Shown here one piece after another: positions 36,827 to 46,198 of a stretch of 64,000 nt of DNA. The position numbers and the translations under genes were made by a program. How positions within the stretch are numbered: the first letter of the stretch is position 1; each line of letters opens with the position of its first letter. Under the pieces are notes generated by a model, which worked only from the letters and a program-made list of their open reading frames with translations, was not told the origin of the DNA and made no database searches. Source of the DNA: Oscillospiraceae bacterium (GTDB taxonomy: Bacteria; Bacillota; Clostridia; Oscillospirales; JAGBHD01); contig JAGBHD010000012.1 in the NCBI GenBank assembly GCA_018110785.1, positions 390 to 64,389 of the forward strand. Reading direction: 5' to 3'.

Positions 36827-37501
36827 GTGATGAATTCAGATTTTCCGCGCATACTTACCTTGCTCAGAAAAGAGAAAAAGTTGAGTCAAAAGGCGGTAGC
36901 AGCTGATTTAAATGTTAGTCAGGCTCTGCTTTCCCACTATGAGAAGGGAATCCGAGAATGCGGTTTGGCATTTGTTGTTAAAGCCGCTAAATATTACGGT
37001 GTTTCTACCGATTATCTTTTAGGCCTTTCGCCTAATCGCGACGGGCTTACGATTTCGGTTGATGAAATTCCCGAAAATGACCCAAGATTTAAAGACAATA
37101 TGGTGCGCGGCTCGCTTCTTCCCGTTTTAAGCAAAAAGCTTATCGTTAATTCTTTAAACATCATTTTTGATATGCTTCAAAAGTGTGAAAACAAATCGGT
37201 TACAAGCGGTATTTCGGATTTTCTGATGTTGTCGGTTTATAAATCCTTCAGAATGGTTTATTCTTTAAATCCCGAAAACAACAACAAGTTCTTTACCTTG
37301 TCCGACTCAATTGCTCAAAATGCAGCTTTCGCCGAAATGCTTTTAAAGGAAGCGAAGCTTGAAAGCGGCGAAGACGAATATAAGCTAATGAATCCTTCCT
37401 GCTTCGAAATAACAACCGAAAAGTTATCTAAAGATTATCCTCTTTTCGCTTCTTCTCTTTCAAATTTAATTAAAGAATGCGAAAAACAGATTTCTGAATA
37501 G
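36827..37501 (+). CDS. XRE-family HTH transcriptional regulator with uncharacterised C-terminal domain
   Basis: LRKEKKLSQKAVAADLNVSQALLSHYEKGIRE HTH, 224 aa. Confidence 0.85.
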   Translation: MMNSDFPRILTLLRKEKKLSQKAVAADLNVSQALLSHYEKGIRECGLAFVVKAAKYYGVSTDYLLGLSPNRDGLTISVDEIPENDPRFKDNMVRGSLLPVLSKKLIVNSLNIIFDMLQKCENKSVTSGISDFLMLSVYKSFRMVYSLNPENNNKFFTLSDSIAQNAAFAEMLLKEAKLESGEDEYKLMNPSCFEITTEKLSKDYPLFASSLSNLIKECEKQISE

Positions 37502-37530
37502 ACCGCCGCATTTGTCGGCGGTCTTTCTTT
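37501..37530 (+). terminator. Intrinsic terminator
   Basis: GACCGCCG-loop-CGGCGGTC followed by TTTCTTT. Confidence 0.85.
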
Positions 37531-37602
37531 AGCACAGCGAATTTATATTCTTATTTTAGTATATAATAGAGTACTTAAATTTTCAAGGAGTTTAGAGGAC
37601 AT

Positions 37603-38772
37603 ATGGTTAAATTTTTAATCCGCAGATTTATTCCTTCCTATGAAGATACCGAAAATTCAGTAGTTCGTAAGAAATACGGAGTTTTAATAGGAATTGTAGG
37701 AATTATCTGCAATTTAATTTTATTTATCATTAAATTTTTCTCAGGGCTTGTTTTAAACAGCGTTGCCGTAATGAGTGATGCTTTCAATAATTTTTCGGAT
37801 ATGGGCTCGTCGGCCATTTCTATATTTTCCGCAGTTTTATCCTCCAAAGCGCCCGACAGGGACCACCCTTTTGGACATGGAAGAATAGAATATGTTTCTT
37901 CTCTCATTATTTCCTTTATTATCTTCCTTGTAGGCTTTGAGCTTTTTAAAAGCTCGGTAGAAAAAATATTACATCCCGAAGAAATTTTACTTAACATTCC
38001 CGTTTTAGTTCTTTTAACTTTATCCTCTTTAGTTAAGCTTTGGATGTATTTTGCGAACAAATATGTAGGAAAGAAAATTTCTTCTCCCGCTGCGGCAGCT
38101 ACTGCGACCGATTGCATAAATGATACTATTTCCACCTTGGCGGTAATTTTAGCTACTGTTATCGGAATAATAACCGATGTTCCTCTTGACGGATATATAG
38201 GCCTTTTCGTTTCCCTTTTAATTTTAAAAGGCGGTCTTAAATCCGCTTCGGATACTGTAGGCGTTCTTCTTGGAAAGGCGCCCGACAGAGAGCTTGTTAA
38301 AAAGCTCGAAGAGATTATTACTTCTTACGACGGTGTTTTTGGTATACACGACCTTATTGTTCACGATTACGGACCGGGAAGAATTTTCGCTTCGGTTCAT
38401 GCTGAAGTTCCCGAAAGCGCACCCGCTATGAGGTCGCATGAAATTATTGACAAAATTGAAACCGATGTTTTAGAAAATATGGGAATTGAGCTTGTTATTC
38501 ATATGGATCCTATTGCTACCGACAACGAAGAGACCAACAAGGCAAAGCTGCTCATTATTTCTATTTTAAAGGAAATTGACCCCGAGCTTTCGATGCACGA
38601 CCTCAGAATAACCGAGGGAGAGGAAAGGATAAACTTAATTTTCGATGTTGCAATTCCCGTTTATGCGAAGGTTACAGATAGAGAAAAAATTGTACCGCGA
38701 TTACAGGAGGAAATGAAAAAGCAAGACTCGCGATATGTTTGCGTTGTAAAGACTGAGATGTATTATATATAA
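37603..38772 (+). CDS. Cation diffusion facilitator family transporter
   Basis: Six TM segments, SDAFNNFSD and HPFGHGRIE motifs, cytoplasmic C-terminal domain. Confidence 0.9.
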   Translation: MVKFLIRRFIPSYEDTENSVVRKKYGVLIGIVGIICNLILFIIKFFSGLVLNSVAVMSDAFNNFSDMGSSAISIFSAVLSSKAPDRDHPFGHGRIEYVSSLIISFIIFLVGFELFKSSVEKILHPEEILLNIPVLVLLTLSSLVKLWMYFANKYVGKKISSPAAAATATDCINDTISTLAVILATVIGIITDVPLDGYIGLFVSLLILKGGLKSASDTVGVLLGKAPDRELVKKLEEIITSYDGVFGIHDLIVHDYGPGRIFASVHAEVPESAPAMRSHEIIDKIETDVLENMGIELVIHMDPIATDNEETNKAKLLIISILKEIDPELSMHDLRITEGEERINLIFDVAIPVYAKVTDREKIVPRLQEEMKKQDSRYVCVVKTEMYYI

Positions 38773-38805
38773 GAAAGAGCAAGTCATCAACGACTTGCTC
38801 TTTTA
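38772..38805. terminator. Bidirectional terminator overlapping the MFS gene stop
   Basis: AGAGCAAGTC-ATCAAC-GACTTGCTCT flanked by A and T runs. Confidence 0.85.
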
Positions 38806-39980
38806 TGATTATAGGTAAGAAGAAGCGCTAACATAATGGCGGGAAAAATAAGGGAACAAAGAATTCCAAATTTCAAATTTTCCATACCGAGAGATAAGGA
38901 TAACGAGATATCGCTCATCATTCCCGCAAAAAACGGACCTGCGGCGCAGCCCAGATCGCCAAAAAGGGCTAAAACCGCAAACATCGGTGTTCCGCCGTTT
39001 TTATAACTTTCCGAGCAAAGCGAGAGCACCCCCGGCCACATTATACTGACAGAAAAACCGCATAGGGCTGTTCCCAAAAGAGAAAAGGCTGAAAAAGGCG
39101 AAAGGCTGGTTATTAAATAGGATACAACCGAAAGAGCCGCAAATAATGTAAGCGCTCGTTTTATAGGATATTTTTCGCCGAAAAAGCCATAAAGCAAACG
39201 GCCTATTCCCATACATACTGCAAACATACAAGGTCCTAACAAATCGCCGACCGATTTACTTACGCCGAGAGTTTTCTCTGCAAAAAGCGAAGCCCACTGC
39301 GCAACCGACTGCTCGGCGGCGCCGCCGCACAGCATTAAAACTGCGAAAAGCAAAAAGGTTTTAGTTTTTGCAAGGTGTCTTAGCGGTATTCTTTCTTCGC
39401 TTGAAACCTCGGGCGGAAAGGGCGTTTTTATAAATAACAAGGCATTAACGGCAGGTACTATCGCCCAAATTACAGGCAAAATCTGCCAGAGACTCATTCC
39501 CGCAAGGCGGAAAAATACGGTTGATAAAAGAATAACCCCTACATGGCCTATGCAATAAAAGGAATGAAGCAAACTCATTTCTGCTGAGGATTTCTCGCTT
39601 GGAATTCTATCAACAAGCGGGCTTATCATAACCTCTATAAGTCCGCTTCCTATTGCGGAAACAACCGTTGCGATAGTCAGCGCTATAAAGGTATTTGGAA
39701 TTACCTCAGGCAAAACACCTAATAGGATTAAACCCATCGCGCTCAGCGCGTGGGCTAATAATATACATCTTCTCTCGCCTATTTTTGCTATAAATTTTAC
39801 CGATAATGCATCAACCAAGAGCTGAGTTATGAAGTTTATAAAAACTAAAAGACTTAAAAGTGCAGTTGAAACTCCAAAATCCTCTTGAAAAATTATGAAT
39901 AAAAGAGGACTTAAATTATTGATAATCGCCTGAACGAAATATCCTATGTAGCAGGCTTTTTTAGTTAGCTTGTAATTCAT
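38787..39980 (-). CDS. MFS transporter
   Basis: 12 predicted TM segments over 397 aa, with a basic central loop. Confidence 0.8.
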   Translation of the reverse strand: MNYKLTKKACYIGYFVQAIINNLSPLLFIIFQEDFGVSTALLSLLVFINFITQLLVDALSVKFIAKIGERRCILLAHALSAMGLILLGVLPEVIPNTFIALTIATVVSAIGSGLIEVMISPLVDRIPSEKSSAEMSLLHSFYCIGHVGVILLSTVFFRLAGMSLWQILPVIWAIVPAVNALLFIKTPFPPEVSSEERIPLRHLAKTKTFLLFAVLMLCGGAAEQSVAQWASLFAEKTLGVSKSVGDLLGPCMFAVCMGIGRLLYGFFGEKYPIKRALTLFAALSVVSYLITSLSPFSAFSLLGTALCGFSVSIMWPGVLSLCSESYKNGGTPMFAVLALFGDLGCAAGPFFAGMMSDISLSLSLGMENLKFGILCSLIFPAIMLALLLTYNHKRASR

Positions 39981-39996
39981 ATTTACCCCCTGCTAA

Positions 39997-40851
39997 CTAT
40001 TCTATGCTTATATTCTGAGTTCTGATATAATGAAACAGATACTGTTGTGCGATTCCGCCAAAGCCATAAAACTCTTTAGGAAAGCCGTTTTTATAGAACC
40101 TATCTAAAACTCTTTTTATCCATATATCAACGGGAAATGCCTCTATTTTATGAAAACCGTAAAGCAAAACGCAATTTGCAACCTTTACCCCAACGCCTTT
40201 TATTTTCATTAAAGCTTCGAGGGCTTCTGTATAACTCATTTTATCTATTTCAAAAAGGTTTATTTCGCCCGACAAAACCTTTTCTACCGCATCGGCAATA
40301 TATTTATCTCTGAATCCTGCGCGAATGGAAGATAGGTCTTGTCCTTTAAGCCTTTGAGGGGTTGGGAAAAGATATCCGTTTTTTGTTTTCTCGCCGAAAT
40401 TTTCGCAAAGGCGGGCAATTATTCCTTTTATTCTCTCGATATTATTGTTCTGCGAAATTATAAAGCTGCAGAGGGCTTCCCAAGGCTCCTGTCTGAGAAT
40501 TCTGATGCCGCCGCAATATTTTATTGCTTCATTTAATGTATCGTCTTTTGAAAAGAGCTTTTTTATTTCGTCATAATTTGTTTGGAAATCAAAAAACGGT
40601 ACTACTTTTTTAAGAAAATCCTCTTCGGAAACATCATAAAAAAAGGTTTCTCCCTTTTCGTTTTGTTTAGCAGAAATTTTAAGCGAGCCTGTAATTCCGC
40701 TGAATATCCCGTTTTCGTTTTTCGAGAAACGAAAGCATTGTCCGCAATCCAAGGTATCGCTCAAGGAAAAGCCCTCTAAGGGATAAAGCATTATTCCGTT
40801 TTTTTCTACCTTATATTTCAAGAAATTATCTCCCTTATATTGAAAATCCAT
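39997..40851 (-). CDS. HhH-GPD DNA glycosylase (8-oxoguanine glycosylase/AlkA-like)
   Basis: IKGVGVKVANCVLLYG...FPVDIWIKR helix-hairpin-helix plus Asp. Start ambiguous (ATG 40851 or TTG 40884, neither with a clear SD). Confidence 0.78.
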   Translation of the reverse strand: MDFQYKGDNFLKYKVEKNGIMLYPLEGFSLSDTLDCGQCFRFSKNENGIFSGITGSLKISAKQNEKGETFFYDVSEEDFLKKVVPFFDFQTNYDEIKKLFSKDDTLNEAIKYCGGIRILRQEPWEALCSFIISQNNNIERIKGIIARLCENFGEKTKNGYLFPTPQRLKGQDLSSIRAGFRDKYIADAVEKVLSGEINLFEIDKMSYTEALEALMKIKGVGVKVANCVLLYGFHKIEAFPVDIWIKRVLDRFYKNGFPKEFYGFGGIAQQYLFHYIRTQNISIE

Positions 40852-40868
40852 TAGAATTGTACTATAAT
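40840..40868 (+). promoter_or_regulatory. Promoter for the 40902 gene (TTGAAA-17-TATAAT)
   Basis: Hexamers at 40840-40845 and 40863-40868. GGAGG at 40892 and ATG at 40902. Confidence 0.6.
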
Positions 40869-40901
40869 ATTTTAGTAAATTCAAGTTTTTCGGAGGAAAT
40901 T

Positions 40902-41570
40902 ATGCCGCTGAGAGAGAGCATTTATACCATTCCCATAAACGACCTCTTTTCAGAAAAATGCGGTTGCCCTCTTTGCAGAGCGGCGGCGATAGCTGAAAAG
41001 CGGATTTCAGATTTTATTTTAGGGCCCGCTATGATGGAGCCTGATATAAGAATGGAAACCAACCGTTTGGGATTCTGCAAGGAGCATCTTTCCTTTTTAG
41101 CAAATCATAAAAACCGCCTTTCCTTAGCGCTTATGCTGCAAAGCAGAATAAAGGAAATAAACGAAGAAGCAAATGCTAAGCCGAAGGCTTTAAACGCTAA
41201 ATTGGGGCACTGCTTTATATGCGAAAAATTAGAGATAGCCGAGAAGAAAAACGCTGAAAGCATTGTTCGCACCTTTTCGGAAAACCGCGATTTCAGAGAG
41301 CTTTTCTCGGAAGCCGAGGGGCTTTGTTTTCCTCATTATGCAGCTCTTTTATCCGCCGCAGACAAGGCGGGTGGGAAAGCCAAAAAGGAATTTCAAAAGG
41401 CGGCGCTTACACTTTTCAAAAAGAAATCGGATAAAATCGAATCCGATATAGACGGATTCTGCGCTATGTTTGACTACAGAAACAATACCGAAGGAAATGA
41501 CTTCGGCGAACTTAAAAACGCTGTTGAAAACGCTTCCAGCTTCCTCTCAGCCGATTGTAAAGAATTTTAA
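40902..41570 (+). CDS. Conserved hypothetical Cys-rich protein (resembles DUF6062 family from memory)
   Basis: ESIYTIPINDLF..CGCPLCR, CFICEKLE. Start moved to ATG 40902 behind the GGAGG. Confidence 0.55.
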   Translation: MPLRESIYTIPINDLFSEKCGCPLCRAAAIAEKRISDFILGPAMMEPDIRMETNRLGFCKEHLSFLANHKNRLSLALMLQSRIKEINEEANAKPKALNAKLGHCFICEKLEIAEKKNAESIVRTFSENRDFRELFSEAEGLCFPHYAALLSAADKAGGKAKKEFQKAALTLFKKKSDKIESDIDGFCAMFDYRNNTEGNDFGELKNAVENASSFLSADCKEF

Positions 41571-41592
41571 AAATATTTAGGAGACAGACAAA

Positions 41593-42687
41593 ATGAAACT
41601 AGGTATGGTTGGACTTCCTAATGTAGGAAAGAGCACATTATTTAACGCTATAACGAATGCTGGAGCGCAGAGCGCGAACTATCCTTTCTGCATAATTGAG
41701 CCGAATATAGGCTCTGTAAGCGTTCCTGACAGCAGATTGGATTTTTTAGCAGAGATGTATAATCCGCAGAAATTTACCCCTGCAACCTTAGAATTTGTTG
41801 ATATTGCGGGACTTGTTAAAGGCGCCTCCAAGGGAGAGGGCCTTGGAAACAAATTCCTTTCCAATATTCGTGAGGTTGATGCGATTGTTCATGTTGTTAG
41901 ATGTTTTGAGGATGACGAGATAATTCACGTTGACGGAAATATTAATCCTATAAGAGATATTGAAACCATAAATTTAGAGCTTATTTTCTCGGATATTGAA
42001 ATTCTTGACAGAAGAATTGATAAAACCGCAAAGCTTTTAAAGGGTGATAAAAAATATCAAGGAGAGCTTGATTTATTTAAAAGGCTGAAAGAGCATTTGG
42101 AAAACGGAAAACCCGCAAGAAGCCTCAGCACAGATGAATCCGAAGCTGAAATTCTTTCTACTGTTCCGCTTCTTTCGGCAATGCCCGTTATTTATGCGGC
42201 TAATCTTTCGGAAGATGATTTTATGGGCGGAATTGAGAACAACAAAAACTATCAAGAGCTGATAAAATTCGCCGAGGAAGAACGCTCAAGCGTACTTCCC
42301 GTTTGCGCGAAGCTTGAGGAAGAGATTTCCTCGATGGACGACGAAGAAAAGGAAATGTTTTTATCCGAGCTTCATTTAGAAGAATCGGGACTTAACAGAA
42401 TTATAAAGAAAGGATATGCCGTTTTAGGGCTTATCTCTTTCTTAACAGCAGGACCCGAAGAGGTTCGCGCTTGGACAATAACCAACGGAACTAAGGCACC
42501 CGCCGCCGCAGGAAAGATACATTCCGATTTTGAGAAAGGCTTTATCCGCGCAGAGGTTGTTGCCTTTGATGATTTAAAGGCTTCGGGCAGCATGAATGCC
42601 GCTAAAGAAAAAGGTCTTGTTCGCAGCGAAGGCAAGGAATATATTATGAAAGACGGCGACATTTGCCTCTTCCGCTTTAATGTTTAA
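41593..42687 (+). CDS. ychF: Ribosome-binding ATPase YchF
   Basis: [27 protein letters not shown]-terminal TGS-like [14 protein letters not shown]. Confidence 0.95.
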   Translation: MKLGMVGLPNVGKSTLFNAITNAGAQSANYPFCIIEPNIGSVSVPDSRLDFLAEMYNPQKFTPATLEFVDIAGLVKGASKGEGLGNKFLSNIREVDAIVHVVRCFEDDEIIHVDGNINPIRDIETINLELIFSDIEILDRRIDKTAKLLKGDKKYQGELDLFKRLKEHLENGKPARSLSTDESEAEILSTVPLLSAMPVIYAANLSEDDFMGGIENNKNYQELIKFAEEERSSVLPVCAKLEEEISSMDDEEKEMFLSELHLEESGLNRIIKKGYAVLGLISFLTAGPEEVRAWTITNGTKAPAAAGKIHSDFEKGFIRAEVVAFDDLKASGSMNAAKEKGLVRSEGKEYIMKDGDICLFRFNV

Positions 42688-42705
42688 TAATAAATATAAA
42701 AAATT

Positions 42706-42775
42706 GGCAGGTACAATTTGATATGCACCTCAAAAGTTAGACACTTTTGGGGTGCATATCAATTTTGTACCTGCC
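42706..42775 (+). terminator. Unusually long imperfect hairpin (about 32-nt arms) followed by a T-run, downstream of ychF
   Basis: GGCAGGTACAATTTGATATGCACCTCAAAAGT-TAGAC-ACTTTTGGGGTGCATATCAATTTTGTACCTGCC, then GATTTTTATTTT. Confidence 0.75.
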
Positions 42776-42887
42776 GATTTTTATTTTAACACTAATGCTT
42801 TAAATAAAACCCGCAAAATTCAAGCGCATAAATTCTGAATTAAGATGAGAAAATAGAAACATAAAATTTCATCTGAGGTAAATTCTT

Positions 42888-43175
42888 ATGATAATTTTGT
42901 TTCTGACATATATTCTTAATATTGCAGACTATCTTTTTACGCTGCATTGGGTAAACAGCTATGGCATCGAAATTGAAGCAAATCCGATAGGCAGATGGCT
43001 ATTTGAGAACGATTTAGGCGGATTTGTTAAAATATTTGTTGTAGGTGGTCTTTTTCTTTTGCTCGGATATTTACTAAAGCTTCGTCCCAAAGCTAAAAAA
43101 GTAGTTTATCTATTATTCGGAGTATACAGCGCTGTAGTTATATACCACACTGTTTTAGCCTTTCAAATAGTTTGA
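42888..43175 (+). CDS. Small 3-TM membrane protein (resembles DUF5658 family from memory)
   Basis: NIADYLFT...EANPIGRWL pattern, 95 aa. Confidence 0.55.
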   Translation: MIILFLTYILNIADYLFTLHWVNSYGIEIEANPIGRWLFENDLGGFVKIFVVGGLFLLLGYLLKLRPKAKKVVYLLFGVYSAVVIYHTVLAFQIV

Positions 43176-43177
43176 TA

Positions 43178-45907
43178 TTATTTTTTGCTGAAAATTTTGG
43201 AAAACAAACTCTTGCTTTTAGGTTTTGTACGGCTTAGAGATTGCTTCATTATTGTTATCAATGCTTCGGGGGCATCGCCAAGATGATTTATAATCCACTT
43301 ATCAGCATTTTTACCATAATCAGAATAGCAATTTGCTAAAAACATTTCAAGCGGAAGTTGGTCCTCAGAGAGCATCTCTAAAAAGGTTGGATTTATGACA
43401 CAGGCTTCTTTTATTACAGAGATAAGCCTTTCCGCCGCAACAATTGCCGCTTCGGCAGAGACCTTGGTTGCATTTGTCTGTGCTCCGTATTTATCGGTTA
43501 TCTGTTTTACATACAGCCTTTTGCAATTAGGATAGGTTGTATCCATAAGCAACCTATTGTTTTTCAAAACAGAAATGCCTATATCATATAAAACAGCTTG
43601 TTCAGCGCCGATATCTTTCTGAGATAATATTGCCGTTTTTATATATTCTGCTATATTTTTACGGACATCTGCATTTATAAGCAGACTTAGATATTTAAAA
43701 AATTTCTTAACATCATTTTTCAAGGCAGCCTTTTTTAGCTGCAAGAAAGTTTTTAATATATTATACTGCTCACATCCCTCTAAATAAGACGCTGTTTTTA
43801 TGTATTCTTCCACTGTTTCTAAACCGCTATCTCCAAGAGATACATTAAACACATCAGTAAGCGAATTTGCAATTGCCGACCTTATAACATTATCCATCAA
43901 GGCTTCTGCCAGCTTTTTGTCGACCATATCAGAGCTTACCATACGTTCGGCTTCAAGCCAATCATAAAGACTTGCACGGCCTCCGTTATATGCGAATATT
44001 TGGCGAAGAGATTGAAGCACCCTTTGATAAGCAGCTTCTTCTGCATTAGCTTTTATAGAAAATAATTGTATCAATTCTTCTGTTTTTTCGAGTATTGTTT
44101 TTTTAGAGATAAATTTAAGATACTCGGAATATAGCTTCTTTTGGCCCTGCTCTTCAAGGATTAAAGCAAGAACTATATCTCGGCAAAAGCCTTGATTTTT
44201 GCAAAGCAGAGGCAAAAGCTGAGGCTCTGTTTTTCGCAAGTCTGATTTTAAAGCAGTTATTAGTTTACTTGCAAACTGCTCTTTCATTTCATAATTCTCG
44301 TTTGCAATATGGGCATTTGCTAAATCAATAAGCAAGGAAGAGAGCTTATCGCACTCGGGCAACATTTCAAAAAATGTATCGTAAAAAGACCTTTTATGCT
44401 TTAACGAAAGCAAATCATAATTATCTCGGATAAAATCAACTATTTTTTCCTGTATTGACTCGGTGCGAATTGTAAGCATCAGTTTTTCAAAAACTGCATC
44501 CTGCGTAGATTCGGGCTCATTTAAGAAATGCTCAAAAAAGAAGGATAAAATCTGCGGTTGCAAAAATCCGCCGTAAAACACCCTGCATAAATCAGCATGG
44601 ATCGTAGCGCGGGTAGCTTCATCTTCACCTATATAATTATTTTTAACAAAGGTGAAAAGCTTATCGCGCATAATATCGGTATGAATAAGCTCAAGAACTG
44701 AATTCATAGCTACTCTTTTAGCCGAATCAAGCTCACTTGGATACAGACGCGACAGTTTTGCAAGAATGTTTTTAGGAATAGCCTCATGCCGCTTAGGATA
44801 GCGCGCAAGACATTTATAAGCATTTCGGCGGTATTCTTCGCTTAATGTTTTACGATATTTTTCATATATACAAAGAAAATCATAAACCTTATTGTCATTC
44901 GGAAGAATTTCCTTTTCCTCAAACAAACCGCTTGCTCCGAGGAACAAAAACACCAAATCGGATAAGATTTTAAAATTAGTTTTTTCGAGAGCAGGGTTTT
45001 CCTTAACTGCATTATCTACAAAGGATAAAAACTCATCACGGATAGAGATATTTTTTAATAAAGAATAGAAAAACGCAATCGGTAAGCTTGAAATTTCTTC
45101 TTCAGATGGTAAACCGACAATCAAATCGGTATGAAAATCGAAAAACACACTCTTAGAGGAATGTATCTCAGGACAATGCTCTGACATTCCTTTAATTTTG
45201 GCAAGAGGATACTGCGCCGCATCTGTAATATAGCTTGAAAAGGATAGGCGCGACCTTAAATGATATGGCAGAATTGAATTTATAACAGATATAAATTCAA
45301 GGTTTTTCCCAGAAATTTCGGCATCGGGATAATCCAATTTAAAATAAACCGGCTTACCCTTAGCACAAAGCACAGCCAAAACCGCATAGATAAAGCTTTT
45401 TACCGTATCGGGGCGGTAGCGATTTAAAAGCTTTTCTGCATTTGGCGCTGATAACGGCTTATATTCTAATTCAGGATATTTATTATCTGCCGATGAAGAA
45501 GCAGACGTAATATCAAAACGCGAAATATCAGATATAAACATATCGGGATTAAAGATAGCATTATTTTTGCTATGCATAAGACTTTCTTTCTCTTCATCAC
45601 TGAGAATTAAAGTATGCGCGAGGTATGCACTTCTTTCGCCTGTATAGTCAAGCGGCAGATAGGTTATAGCAGTTTGAGTAAAATCGCCGCTTCGCAAGAC
45701 GCACTGGCTATATACCTTAGGCATTAAACCCTTTCTAACAGCCTCCGCATCATTTTTGCCAAGCTTATTTTCATATACAGCGGATAACTCACGCTCTATA
45801 AATTCCCGCGACAAACCCTCAGAATGCGCAAAGGTATCAAATCCGTCGGAACGGTTATACATACTAACCTTCGCCGGAACGCGAGAATATAAATGCTGCT
45901 TCGCCAT
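43178..45907 (-). CDS. Large (909 aa) cytoplasmic protein of unknown function, last gene of the pilus gene string
   Basis: Single uninterrupted ORF. GGGAGG lies 9 nt before the ATG. No signal peptide, TM segment or P-loop. N-terminal ~300 aa look mixed alpha/beta, and the C-terminal ~600 aa are helix-rich (K/E/L-rich). Confidence 0.8.
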   Translation of the reverse strand: MAKQHLYSRVPAKVSMYNRSDGFDTFAHSEGLSREFIERELSAVYENKLGKNDAEAVRKGLMPKVYSQCVLRSGDFTQTAITYLPLDYTGERSAYLAHTLILSDEEKESLMHSKNNAIFNPDMFISDISRFDITSASSSADNKYPELEYKPLSAPNAEKLLNRYRPDTVKSFIYAVLAVLCAKGKPVYFKLDYPDAEISGKNLEFISVINSILPYHLRSRLSFSSYITDAAQYPLAKIKGMSEHCPEIHSSKSVFFDFHTDLIVGLPSEEEISSLPIAFFYSLLKNISIRDEFLSFVDNAVKENPALEKTNFKILSDLVFLFLGASGLFEEKEILPNDNKVYDFLCIYEKYRKTLSEEYRRNAYKCLARYPKRHEAIPKNILAKLSRLYPSELDSAKRVAMNSVLELIHTDIMRDKLFTFVKNNYIGEDEATRATIHADLCRVFYGGFLQPQILSFFFEHFLNEPESTQDAVFEKLMLTIRTESIQEKIVDFIRDNYDLLSLKHKRSFYDTFFEMLPECDKLSSLLIDLANAHIANENYEMKEQFASKLITALKSDLRKTEPQLLPLLCKNQGFCRDIVLALILEEQGQKKLYSEYLKFISKKTILEKTEELIQLFSIKANAEEAAYQRVLQSLRQIFAYNGGRASLYDWLEAERMVSSDMVDKKLAEALMDNVIRSAIANSLTDVFNVSLGDSGLETVEEYIKTASYLEGCEQYNILKTFLQLKKAALKNDVKKFFKYLSLLINADVRKNIAEYIKTAILSQKDIGAEQAVLYDIGISVLKNNRLLMDTTYPNCKRLYVKQITDKYGAQTNATKVSAEAAIVAAERLISVIKEACVINPTFLEMLSEDQLPLEMFLANCYSDYGKNADKWIINHLGDAPEALITIMKQSLSRTKPKSKSLFSKIFSKK

Positions 45908-45964
45908 ATACTATTTCCTCCCTGATATTTCACATTGCAAATTCGTAATTATTTATAGCTGAGA

Positions 45965-45999
45965 GAGAAACGATATTAAGAGCTTTAATATCGTTTCTC
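45965..45999 (-). other. Perfect 15-bp-stem hairpin without U-tract between the pilB-distal small ORF and the 909-aa gene
   Basis: GAGAAACGATATTAA-GAGCT-TTAATATCGTTTCTC. Confidence 0.7.
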
Positions 46000-46016
46000 G
46001 AACAACTGTTTGGGAT

Positions 46017-46181
46017 TTATATAGATAAAATTACAATAAGAGCAACAGCTATGCTTATTGCAAAAGTACCAATAATCAATCCCCATGCAAGACGGTTGTC
46101 AACATACTTTGCATTTTTGCTTTCTGTTTCATTAACCTTTTCTTCTACCGCTTCCTTGGTTATTGTATTAGTTTCGCTCAT
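46017..46181 (-). CDS. Small (54 aa) tail-anchored membrane protein
   Basis: An AAAGGAG inside the track ORF is 8 nt upstream of the second ATG (46181). Acidic N-terminus, C-terminal TM WGLIIGTFAISIAVALIVILSI. Confidence 0.5.
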   Translation of the reverse strand: MSETNTITKEAVEEKVNETESKNAKYVDNRLAWGLIIGTFAISIAVALIVILSI

Positions 46182-46198
46182 ATCAACATCTCCTTTCA

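Noticed and set aside
37531-37602. NiCo (czcD-type) riboswitch upstream of the CDF transporter
   Set aside because: The leader is only about 70 nt, AT-rich, and lacks the GC-rich four-helix junction expected for that class.
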